Assembly: GCA_964394435.1 (NCBI GenBank)
Contig: CAYMXN010000001.1
Span: 170,428-234,427 of the forward strand
Length of the DNA: 64,000 nucleotides
Reading direction: 5' to 3'
DNA from: an uncultured Candidatus Saccharibacteria bacterium
GTDB taxonomy: Bacteria > Patescibacteriota > Minisyncoccia > UBA6257 > 1-14-0-10-44-23
In this document: in pieces, positions 23,821 through 32,004 of the stretch
How positions within the stretch are numbered: position 1 is the stretch's first letter
Layout of the letters: every line of letters starts with the position of its first letter
Position numbers and translations under genes: made by a program
Notes under the pieces: model-generated
Seen by the model: only the letters and a program-made list of their open reading frames with translations
The model's database searches: none
Told to the model about the DNA's origin: nothing

Positions 23821-24170
23821 AGGTCTACAGAGTCTTGCGCGTCTATCCTGGGCTGGTCACCCCCGGGGCTTCCGAAACCTTTACTCCGGTATTTGTCGGG
23901 AGGCGCCTATGCGACACATATCACTTCTCCAGACTCCGACTTCGGCGTTGTAGCCGAACCGGAAGGAGGTGATCTGATATCGGTCGAGAACTCAATGGCT
24001 GCCGTGAGGCACCCGGAGAGCCTCGATGCTTGTGGTCGTCGCAGAGTTAGAGTTTGCTGACCAACCAAAAACTGTCCGGGAAAGGATAGCGCGCAGATTC
24101 TTAAAAGTCAGAGGGAGGAGATTTGGGCGGAGTGCGATGACAAACCGTTGTTGCGACCGCCCATTTTAAT
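23821..24170 (+). ncRNA. Putative ~350-nt structured RNA
   Basis: TTGTAT-N17-TATACT promoter, closing stem 23830-23849/24083-24100, terminator 24125-24170, no ORF >=60 aa. Confidence 0.55.
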
Positions 24171-24287
24171 TTAGAGGTTGAGGGAGGGTTCTAGTTGTTC
24201 CTATTATATATGTCGTAAAGCATCATTTGGGCGTTTTTATCAAGGGCGGAGAGGAAACTCCTTAATCATGTGATATACTTATTTCAA

Positions 24288-24443
24288 ATGGGGATTACTA
24301 AGAGTGATGAGAAAAAACCTTCGCATCCTTCAAATGAAAGACCTGCTTTTTATTGGGATGCAGAGTTAAAGAAGGCCGCTGAAGGTCTTAAGGAAATTTT
24401 TGAAAAGGAACGTAACGACCGTGCTGAAGGATCTAAAAAATAA
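24288..24443 (+). CDS. Putative antitoxin (51 aa)
   Basis: MGITKSDEKK...GSKK, overlaps the PIN gene start; TATACT -10 just upstream. Confidence 0.55.
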   Translation: MGITKSDEKKPSHPSNERPAFYWDAELKKAAEGLKEIFEKERNDRAEGSKK

Positions 24444-24984
24444 GTATCTTATTTTAGATACAAACATCATTATCAATGGTGTTGAGCATAAGGATAGACT
24501 ATTTCCTTTTTTTGATGAGTTGAGGGAACATAATATCGCTCCAGTAATTAGTGATGTGATTCTTTATGAGTTTCTTTGTGGGTCCAAGGAACCAGATCAT
24601 TTAAAAAAGAAGATCAATTTTATTGAGTTACTTCTCGGCGGTAAGAATCATAAGAATAGGATTAGCCTCCCGATAGATCATAAAATCTTTGAAACTGCAC
24701 GCAAAATTCAAAATGTTTATGGCTCACGAGGCGTCTCCTCTAAGCAGATTGGAATAGTTGATTCTATTATTGCAGCCCAGATGCAAAGATTTAGTAAGGG
24801 AGAAAGTGAGATTATTTTTTTAGCAACTTGTGATAATAATGATTTTCCTTTGATTTTTGATCGCATAGGTATTAAAACCTATGACCTAGGTAAAGAGATT
24901 CTTAATATTGGCATTTATTCTTTTAACCAAAAAAAGTATACTACTTTAGTTGAAGGTTTTGAGTCTGAGCCGTTTACTAGTTAA
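24421..24984 (+). CDS. PIN-domain (VapC-like) ribonuclease
   Basis: ILDTNIII, YEFL, DSIIAA, ATCDNNDF acidic PIN residues. Confidence 0.85.
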   Translation: MLKDLKNKYLILDTNIIINGVEHKDRLFPFFDELREHNIAPVISDVILYEFLCGSKEPDHLKKKINFIELLLGGKNHKNRISLPIDHKIFETARKIQNVYGSRGVSSKQIGIVDSIIAAQMQRFSKGESEIIFLATCDNNDFPLIFDRIGIKTYDLGKEILNIGIYSFNQKKYTTLVEGFESEPFTS

Positions 24985-25073
24985 GGACTGCATCTGGCAA
25001 AAAGGATTAGAGAGAGGTGCTTGAGGTAGGAAAGGGCTTTACAAGCAAATTTTCGAGGTCTATCATGAGGCCA

Positions 25074-25373
25074 ATGATGATTATTACTGCACCTTGCTGG
25101 CAGTGCGACAAGGATATGCTTGTTGCTCTTGTCGGAGATGATAATGGGAATATGGGCTATGGACCCGAAGATTTTAACCAGGAGGAAATAGCGCTTGCTA
25201 AAAAGAATGGAGTTCTCTTAAAGAAAATTGATAGTAAAACCGCGGAGGAAACTTATTTGGCTAATATATGTCCTGCGTGCGGAGCTTTTGTTGGCAAATG
25301 GTTTTACTTCGCTAACTACTATACGGAGGCTTTATATGATCGATTGAAATATCGTAGAATCGAGGACGTATAG
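25074..25373 (+). CDS. Hypothetical zinc-binding protein (start uncertain)
   Basis: CWQC and CPAC pairs. Confidence 0.65.
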   Translation: MMIITAPCWQCDKDMLVALVGDDNGNMGYGPEDFNQEEIALAKKNGVLLKKIDSKTAEETYLANICPACGAFVGKWFYFANYYTEALYDRLKYRRIEDV

Positions 25374-25656
25374 TTTGACTTGGGTCATGGTGGTTTTCGT
25401 ATAGGACAAAGGGGAGAGTCGTTTATCGCGAGAAGAAGGGGCTATAAACCCTTTATTTAAGCCTTTTTAGGGCGTTTTCAATATCTATAGATTTTTTCGC
25501 AAATTTGTGCTACCCTGTGATTGCCGTTTAGTTTTTAGGTAGAACTTCTGAAGCAGTTCATGCTAGCTAGCTGCTTCAGGGGCCTTTACTATTAACCATT
25601 ATGGCTTCCTGGATAAGATTCGTCGCCTTATTGATGGAAAGTTAAATATTGAATTA

Positions 25657-25821
25657 ATGAAGAGCATTAATTCCGACGGTGAGTGGGTATATACTCGCTG
25701 CATAGTTCTTCGAAATGGCAGGAGGATTTGTAAGCCAATCGGCAAAGTCTTTCGATTTCGAAGATATGCTAAGGTCGTTATTAAAACACAAAACTCCTCA
25801 GATAAGGAGTTTGTGAGATAG
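25657..25821 (+). CDS. Small basic hypothetical protein (54 aa)
   Basis: MKSINSDGEWVYTRCIVLRNGRRICKPIGKVFRF..., followed by terminator hairpin ~25837-25875. Confidence 0.45.
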   Translation: MKSINSDGEWVYTRCIVLRNGRRICKPIGKVFRFRRYAKVVIKTQNSSDKEFVR

Positions 25822-25935
25822 CGATCTGAAAAAGAGGAGCCGCTTCCAGAGTTAAAAACGGGAGCGGTTTTTCTTTTCATCGTTTATTATACTTTTTCGC
25901 GGACACTTGTCCAGTCTTGGCTATAGCTATTATAT

Positions 25936-25963
25936 ATGTCGTAAAATCATTGTTGTGCGACAG
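25936..25963. other. dif-like Xer recombination site
   Basis: ATGTCGTAAAA-TCATTG-TTGTGCGACAG: 11-6-11 imperfect dyad near the inferred terminus. Confidence 0.55.
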
Positions 25964-26067
25964 ATAGTATATCGGGAAAAGCCATCTCCCCTAGGGTTTT
26001 GAAATGGATAAAAAAGTTTTCTCATTGGCGCATTTTGAAATTATTTTTCTTTCCTGGTACGCTTATC

Positions 26068-26256
26068 TGGTCGACTGAATCTGTTCTGACTTCAAGTTGG
26101 GTTTCTGCTCGTCCGCGCGAGCTCTGGCCATAGCCCGGCTTTGTAGTCGCCCTGGCACCCCCCCCTGCTGGGTCAACGTCTTCCAAAAGCCTTGGATGAC
26201 CAGTCGACACTTTCAATCTCCGCGCACGTCAGTTTACTGATGGGCGCGGTTTTCAT
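26068..26256 (+). ncRNA. Putative ~185-nt structured RNA
   Basis: TTGAAA-N17-TACGCT promoter, closing stem GTCGACTG/CAGTCGAC, C8 loop, terminator 26219-26256. Confidence 0.45.
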
Positions 26257-26278
26257 TTCTTTGCTACAATGGAGCGAT

Positions 26279-27070
26279 ATGTCGTTTTTTGATGAGTTTA
26301 AAGATGAGCGGGATTTTATGGCCCAAAACGGGTATGAAATTGATGGTAAGTGGTATCCGCGTGTCACTAAAATTGTAGAGATGAAAGCGAAGCCTTCCTT
26401 ATATGTGTTTTATGGTCAGGTTGGCTATTTCCAAGGTAAAGAGATTAGTCGTAAGTCTGCGGAGCACGGTACTGCGGTACACGAAGCGATTGAGAAGATT
26501 ATGGTTGGCCAGCGACCTGGTGATATGCCCGCTTCAATCGTTCCTTCGGTCCGCGCTTTTTTGGAATTTATTAAAACAAACAAAATTGAGGTTGATCCAA
26601 CGCATGTCGAGCGGCGCATTATGAATCCCGAACATCGTTACGCAGGTACGATTGATACCCTCGCTCGAATCAACGGAAAGTTTGGCGTACTTGATATTAA
26701 GACTTCAGAATCAGTGTATCGTGATTATAATATTCAGACTTCGGCGTATATGGACGCACTTACGCGTGAGTTTAGTGATTTAACGGCCCGTTGGATACTG
26801 CGAATCGATCAAACGCAGACCTGTAAGCGCTGTGGTTCTGTTTTACGAACTAAAGGTGGGAGAGATAAGGTCAAGAAGAGTGGAATTAAATCCCCCGCTG
26901 GCAACGTGCAGGCGTGTCCGGAGTATGCGCATGATTGGGATATTATGAAGGGCGTGATTGAACTTAAAGAGATCGAGACTCCGTGGCAAGAAGATTTTCA
27001 GGCGTTTTTGGGAGCGAAAAAACTTTGGGAGTGGGAACACGCTGATTGGCTGAAAAAGATTGGGTACTAG
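26279..27070 (+). CDS. PD-(D/E)XK superfamily exonuclease (phage/Cas4-like fold)
   Basis: YPRVT, GTAVH, YAGTID, LDIKTS, QxxAY motifs. Confidence 0.85.
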   Translation: MSFFDEFKDERDFMAQNGYEIDGKWYPRVTKIVEMKAKPSLYVFYGQVGYFQGKEISRKSAEHGTAVHEAIEKIMVGQRPGDMPASIVPSVRAFLEFIKTNKIEVDPTHVERRIMNPEHRYAGTIDTLARINGKFGVLDIKTSESVYRDYNIQTSAYMDALTREFSDLTARWILRIDQTQTCKRCGSVLRTKGGRDKVKKSGIKSPAGNVQACPEYAHDWDIMKGVIELKEIETPWQEDFQAFLGAKKLWEWEHADWLKKIGY

Positions 27071-27187
27071 TGGTGTATTTGTAGGTCAGTTACCCTAGTT
27101 TGCGGATTGACTTTATTATATAAATTCAGTACTATAATTAGCTGTCCTGAAGCGCTCTTTAACACATGAAAGGAGCTGATTTTCATT

Positions 27188-28045
27188 ATGGAATCAGCTA
27201 ACCAATTCGATCAATTGAACCCGAACTGCTCTGCTTCTCGGCGAGCCCGCGCAGCTTTGCGCAAGATCGACAAGGAGCGTGGAGATGATACCGAGCGACG
27301 AGTGTTCGCAGCGTTTGCAAGCGACGATGATTGGTTTGTGCCGCGATGGTATAGCGCCATTGCTCGTGCAACCCCGAGCGAAGATAGTCAGGGTATTGAT
27401 TTCATCATTTACCGCACGATTGAGCCTTCTGAACTTTTCGTGCAAGTGAAGAGCTCTGATCGTGGGCGCGAAGAGTTTCAAGCTCGTAGAGAGCTGATTC
27501 CCACTCAACAGCGCCTTCCGATTGGCGTGACGGTTATCCGGAGGAGTGACTCTTCGGACGTAATTAGGCGCAAGGTGCTTGCTGCTGCCGGGGAGTCGTT
27601 GCGGCTCAAGCTTGCGTTCGCTGATTCGGCTACGCCCGAACCGGTTGTGCTGTCTGGGTCAAATCGCCTCATCCGGCAACGGTTGAATATCAACGAGTCT
27701 TTGATTTCGCACGCCGAACTCTTGCAATTTGTATTACGTGTCATTGCTGCAATTCGGTCACGTAATTGCCAAGAGTTTCGCGTGCTTGATCGGCCGACGG
27801 ATTTTTCAGTTTCCCTGGGTATCGGTCTAATCTTCGTTACCCAGCGTAACGGAAGGTTTCTTGTTCGACAGATATTAGGCGAAGATGAACTATCCGCGCT
27901 TCGAAGCCCTGCTGCTGGGCGCCTCGTTCAAATCCTTGCCGATCGCTTCATCGGTGAGGCGCAAATCAGGCATCAGCGCAGGCTTAGTAAGGATTTGCGC
28001 AGGTTCCAGAGTTACCTTAGGCGTACCGCGCCCAAGGCCGATTAG
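27188..28045 (+). CDS. Hypothetical protein with N-terminal restriction-endonuclease-like domain
   Basis: EDSQGIDF...VQVKSS motif; own promoter, AGGAG SD and terminator. Confidence 0.65.
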   Translation: MESANQFDQLNPNCSASRRARAALRKIDKERGDDTERRVFAAFASDDDWFVPRWYSAIARATPSEDSQGIDFIIYRTIEPSELFVQVKSSDRGREEFQARRELIPTQQRLPIGVTVIRRSDSSDVIRRKVLAAAGESLRLKLAFADSATPEPVVLSGSNRLIRQRLNINESLISHAELLQFVLRVIAAIRSRNCQEFRVLDRPTDFSVSLGIGLIFVTQRNGRFLVRQILGEDELSALRSPAAGRLVQILADRFIGEAQIRHQRRLSKDLRRFQSYLRRTAPKAD

Positions 28046-28106
28046 TTTGTTAGGGGGGTGATGTTGTTTGCGAGTAATCGCAGCGATGTCGCCCCTTTTT
28101 TATTTT

Positions 28107-28763
28107 CTATTCAACGAGCTCACTAAAGATTACGAGGCGCTCATTGTAGCGCTTAACTGTCGAGTTCCACGTACCATTGCACGTGATTAAATTCAGTTTT
28201 CGTTTATCGGTTTTTCCAAAAATCTCATTGAGATTAGTCGAGTGTTCGTCGTAAATTTTTTTATCAGTTACGCGGAAATGTAGCGTTTTTCCATTTTCAT
28301 TTACATAAATATCATCGCCGACTGCGAGTTGGTGTAGGTTGCGAAATACGCCTGGTGTCCACCAGTACGTATCTAAATGGCCGGCCATAACCGCGTTGCC
28401 TACCTCGCCAGGCTTGGTCCCACGATTAAACCAGCCAACATCGGTATAGTTGTCTGGAATGCCCATATTTCCCTTCGAGGTTAGTCCTACGCTTTGGATA
28501 TTCGTGTTGATCGCGAGCTTTGGAATAACTAATGTGCTCCCCTCCCCAATCGGCTTATTGGCTGGCGCGATGACTGGTTGAGTTTGTGTATTTGTAATTG
28601 GAAGCGGGACCGTTGCGGTGCCGGTTGCTTGGGTTGTTTGCTGAAGTGCTGGCTGTTGAATTTCGATCTCATCCGGCGTTCCGCCCGTGGTGTACCAAAA
28701 GAGTGCGACTACCAGGTAGGCAATCACAAAACCTAGGACGAGTTTTTCGCCACGGGTATACAT
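28107..28763 (-). CDS. Class F sortase
   Basis: N-terminal TM, PGEVGNAVMAGH, LITC catalytic motif, downstream Arg. Confidence 0.9.
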   Translation of the reverse strand: MYTRGEKLVLGFVIAYLVVALFWYTTGGTPDEIEIQQPALQQTTQATGTATVPLPITNTQTQPVIAPANKPIGEGSTLVIPKLAINTNIQSVGLTSKGNMGIPDNYTDVGWFNRGTKPGEVGNAVMAGHLDTYWWTPGVFRNLHQLAVGDDIYVNENGKTLHFRVTDKKIYDEHSTNLNEIFGKTDKRKLNLITCNGTWNSTVKRYNERLVIFSELVE

Positions 28764-28839
28764 AGAGGAGGCCGAATTATGAGTTATGAATTATGAGGCG
28801 AGAGTAATGGCAATGAGAAAACTCGATGCCAGAGAAAGA

Positions 28840-29841
28840 CTAGTTGCGGGACGGGGCGGTCGGCAAGGTGCTGACGGCGTAGTAAGCGAAGAGTCCTCCG
28901 ATAAGCACCCAGAGCGTGTATGCGGCGTACTCACCTGCGCTGCCGGTGTTTGGAAGTCCCGGAATGCCAGTGTTAGTACCAAGAACTTGACCACCGATTA
29001 CGTTAACGGTGCAGGTCGCAGTCTGTCCGGCGCTAGCGACGGTTACGGTTTGTGTTCCTTGTGTTGCGAAGTTAGCGGTAAAACCAGCTCCATTTGGATT
29101 AAGGATCGTTAAAACCGGGGAAGCCCACGTGTAGTTGCCATTGCCACCCATTGCGGTGAAGCTGACTGGCATACCGGCGTTGACCGTCTGGAAGTTTGGA
29201 GCACAGCTAAGCGCAGTTACCGAACCACCGTTGGCGTTGCCACCAAACTGACTGCAGGATGGGCAGTTTACGGTACCCGTTGCTGCGTTTACTATGCCGT
29301 TTAACGAGTACGCGCGGCCAATCAATGTTGCACCCTGCTTAAGGGTAATATTACCAGTCGCGAGGATTGATCCTTTGATGGTCGTTCCGCTGTTAATGGT
29401 TACGTCGCCGTTTACAACCCAGAAAATGTTTTGTGGGTTGATGTTGCTCAAAAGCGAGGTCGTGAAGAAGGTGTTGAACTCGATTGAGTTGCTGACCTTA
29501 AAAATGAATACGGCGTTGTTGTCCTGGTATGAGCTCAATTGGAGATCGCCACTAAGAAGAATTGGGCCACTGAAGCAGTACACGCCTCCGGAAGTGATCT
29601 GGCTCTGGAGACTGTTGCTGGTAAGGGCCTGGTCACAGGTTTGGCCGTTCGCAGCACTAAAAGCGGTCGCGAGATCGGTGCGGGCCTGGCTGGCTCCGGC
29701 GGTCGTTGCGTCGAGGGTCGCAAAGGTACCCGCAAGCCCTAAATTAGGGGCAAAGGCGGCATTTGCCGTGATTCCAAGGTTAGTAAGTGTTCCGACTGCC
29801 AAGACTGCTAAAAAGGCCAATTTTACGCTGTTTTTGAGCAT
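28840..29841 (-). CDS. DUF3494 (ice-binding-like) surface protein with LPNTG sorting signal
   Basis: Signal peptide, GVYC..VFIF..NIFWVV..GSILA..GRAYS beta-solenoid pattern, Ig-like region, LPNTG + TM. Confidence 0.8.
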   Translation of the reverse strand: MLKNSVKLAFLAVLAVGTLTNLGITANAAFAPNLGLAGTFATLDATTAGASQARTDLATAFSAANGQTCDQALTSNSLQSQITSGGVYCFSGPILLSGDLQLSSYQDNNAVFIFKVSNSIEFNTFFTTSLLSNINPQNIFWVVNGDVTINSGTTIKGSILATGNITLKQGATLIGRAYSLNGIVNAATGTVNCPSCSQFGGNANGGSVTALSCAPNFQTVNAGMPVSFTAMGGNGNYTWASPVLTILNPNGAGFTANFATQGTQTVTVASAGQTATCTVNVIGGQVLGTNTGIPGLPNTGSAGEYAAYTLWVLIGGLFAYYAVSTLPTAPSRN

Positions 29842-29961
29842 ATTTTTTGATGTTTTTATAATGATTTTACGTGCTTAGACGGAGGCACGTCTTATGTGTC
29901 CCTACCCTACGCTTTTTTTGAATTTTTGGCAAGGGATTAGCCTCTCGATGAAAATGGGTGC

Positions 29962-30297
29962 TTAGCCATACAATATTGCTCCTATAGTAACGGCTATGTT
30001 TATAACAAGCCAGATATATTGAGTAATAATGATTGGTTTTTCGTGATGAACATATCCGTAGATAAGCCAGATGAACGTGAGCACGCAGTACCCCGTCCAA
30101 GTGAAGATAGAGATCCCTCCTGCGTTTTTATAAATCCAAATATCAATAAGCTGAGGAATACTGACGAGCGGTCCGATAACTCCAGCGATATAAATTAAAC
30201 TGTCAATAAAACGCACTAAGTGATTCGGTGAAGGATACGGCTCGTTGTTTTTAATGATTCTTTTACGAAGATGTTGATGATGGGTTACGCCGAACAT
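29962..30297 (-). CDS. PQ-loop / SemiSWEET family transporter
   Basis: IPQ motif, three TM helices, WLIYG. Confidence 0.85.
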   Translation of the reverse strand: MFGVTHHQHLRKRIIKNNEPYPSPNHLVRFIDSLIYIAGVIGPLVSIPQLIDIWIYKNAGGISIFTWTGYCVLTFIWLIYGYVHHEKPIIITQYIWLVINIAVTIGAILYG

Positions 30298-30314
30298 TGG
30301 AATGAGTATGTGAA

Positions 30315-31325
30315 TTATATTCGTTTTATTTTTGCTCCCGGAGTTGCGTGCGTTGGAATGTGGAACATCGTAGCGATCTCTGAAGCGTTTAAAATCATCT
30401 GTTGGTCTGCATCAAATCGGCGGGAGAGTATGTGCTGACTCGCTTTCGCGCTTGAGCGTGGACGCATCATTTTAAACTCGTTATAACAAACACCTCCGGA
30501 AGCACTTACGTATTTATGCTCCAGTCGCTCGAGCATTTCTTGTGCATTTTTGGGAGTGAGTGAGCTTACTAACACGCGAGCATTAACTGCGAATAGCGGC
30601 TCGGCGATTTTCTTTTCTAAAATGTGCATCGTGTCGCACGCAAGCAAAAACTTTGGATCGATAAGCGGCGAAGAAACGTACGTGCCGCCGGCAAGCGTGT
30701 TAAGGAGGTGTGATATGTCTTGCTGGAGTTGTTTTGGAGCTGGTTTGATGACCCACTGTAGGACGGCTGCCTCTCCGATCGCGTTTATTTTTCCGAGTTC
30801 GTTTATGATTGCGTGAAATGCGCTCGTATTTGGATCGGTCGGGAGCGCAAATGGAATCGCATATGGTTTGAGTGATTTGAGGTATCCTACCTCGAGCTCA
30901 CCTTCGTTTAGGATGCCAGCGGCATTAGTTGTCGATCCATCAAGCCAAAGATCGTAATCATCAGCAGTGGTTATGTGTGATCCAGGAAGTTCTTTTTCAA
31001 TAATTTGCGTAAGTTTAGCGGCATGTATGCGTGGAATGAGCGCGTAGAAATGTATCTCTTCGCCGATAGCGTGAATAGCCGCCTCAAAGACAACTGTTGT
31101 ATTGAGCTGCGCTACCTGATGCAGTATGCGTCGCATTGGTTCGATCTCCCCTTCGTTTCCATCGCGCGTATATGGATCGCTTGATTTTTTCGGTACTTGA
31201 ATAAGGAGCATCGTTAGACGATGCATCTTTGTTGTGAAATGGCGAAATAATTGCCCGGCGATATAGAGTGTCGCTCCGAGAAAAAGAAGCCCTAATAAAA
31301 GATACGCGCTCCCCAGGATCGTCAT
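30315..31325 (-). CDS. Hypothetical membrane-anchored protein (resembles N-terminal region of CPR VirB4/VirD4-like ATPases)
   Basis: N-terminal TM; EEIHFY, ILNASEIATMFHIP-type segments; no P-loop. Confidence 0.6.
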   Translation of the reverse strand: MTILGSAYLLLGLLFLGATLYIAGQLFRHFTTKMHRLTMLLIQVPKKSSDPYTRDGNEGEIEPMRRILHQVAQLNTTVVFEAAIHAIGEEIHFYALIPRIHAAKLTQIIEKELPGSHITTADDYDLWLDGSTTNAAGILNEGELEVGYLKSLKPYAIPFALPTDPNTSAFHAIINELGKINAIGEAAVLQWVIKPAPKQLQQDISHLLNTLAGGTYVSSPLIDPKFLLACDTMHILEKKIAEPLFAVNARVLVSSLTPKNAQEMLERLEHKYVSASGGVCYNEFKMMRPRSSAKASQHILSRRFDADQQMILNASEIATMFHIPTHATPGAKIKRI

Positions 31326-31446
31326 ATAGAAATTATATCATAGGAGTTGCGCGCATATTTAAGGGATTTCTTGTGATTTGACAAAACCTTTTCTATGAGT
31401 TATTATGAAATCTCTCGTCAGCAACCCCAAATGGAGGCGTTTCGGC

Positions 31447-31578
31447 ATGGTCCCTCGGAAGCGAAGGAGTCGGTTGCCCGGGCGGAACCGAAGTAAGCAT
31501 GCACACGCGGTGCGGGCGGCGGAGGCCGAGAAGAAGCGCGAAGCCGAGCTCAAGAAGGACGAGCGGTCGGCGAAGTAG
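31447..31578 (+). CDS. Small Arg/Lys-rich protein (43 aa)
   Basis: TTGACA promoter, GGAGG SD, MVPRKRRSRLPGRNRSK..., terminator ~31596-31635. Confidence 0.55.
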   Translation: MVPRKRRSRLPGRNRSKHAHAVRAAEAEKKREAELKKDERSAK

Positions 31579-31710
31579 TCTGACTTTTCGGCGTCGGAGC
31601 GGCGGAATACCTATTCCTGTCCGCTCCTTTTTTATTTCAGCTATATTTGACAGGGTATTTTTGAATCGGTACGTTAATATAAGTTCCTTCTCTTTCCGGA
31701 GGTTTGTCGA

Positions 31711-31965
31711 ATGAGCTCTCTTCGCTATTCTCGGAGTGCTCGCAGCGTACCTGCTCGGACGAGCGCGACCAAGCGTTACGCGCTTAAGCGAGACGGTAAG
31801 TTTCAGGTACGTGCGGCCGATGGAAAGCCTCGCGATTGCCGTGACAAGGAAAAGCCAACCCCTTTTAGTGACTATGATTTGGCGATGAAGACGGCACGTT
31901 ATCTCAATGGCCAGCTCGCCGCTGATGACGCGATGTTTGAGGTCGTCGACTATCCGACTGATTGA
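31711..31965 (+). CDS. Small orphan hypothetical protein
   Basis: TTGACA promoter, GGAGG SD, terminator ~31971-32000. Confidence 0.6.
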   Translation: MSSLRYSRSARSVPARTSATKRYALKRDGKFQVRAADGKPRDCRDKEKPTPFSDYDLAMKTARYLNGQLAADDAMFEVVDYPTD

Positions 31966-32004
31966 TAAATAGGCGCAACTCTATGAGTTGCGCCGTTTTA
32001 TTTT

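Larger units (their letters stand above)
24201..25963. mobile_element. AT-rich island bounded by a 19-bp direct repeat / dif-like sites (IMEX-like)
   Basis: CTATTATATATGTCGTAAA at 24201-24219 and 25927-25945; AT-rich cargo; close to the gene-orientation switch. Confidence 0.6.

Noticed and set aside
23955-23975. CCGGAAGGA as SRP domain IV
   Set aside because: The flanking CAGG and AGCAG symmetric-loop residues are absent
28786-29878. Long + strand ORFs (108 and 194 aa) and similar antisense ORFs elsewhere
   Set aside because: Shadow frames of well-supported genes on the opposite strand
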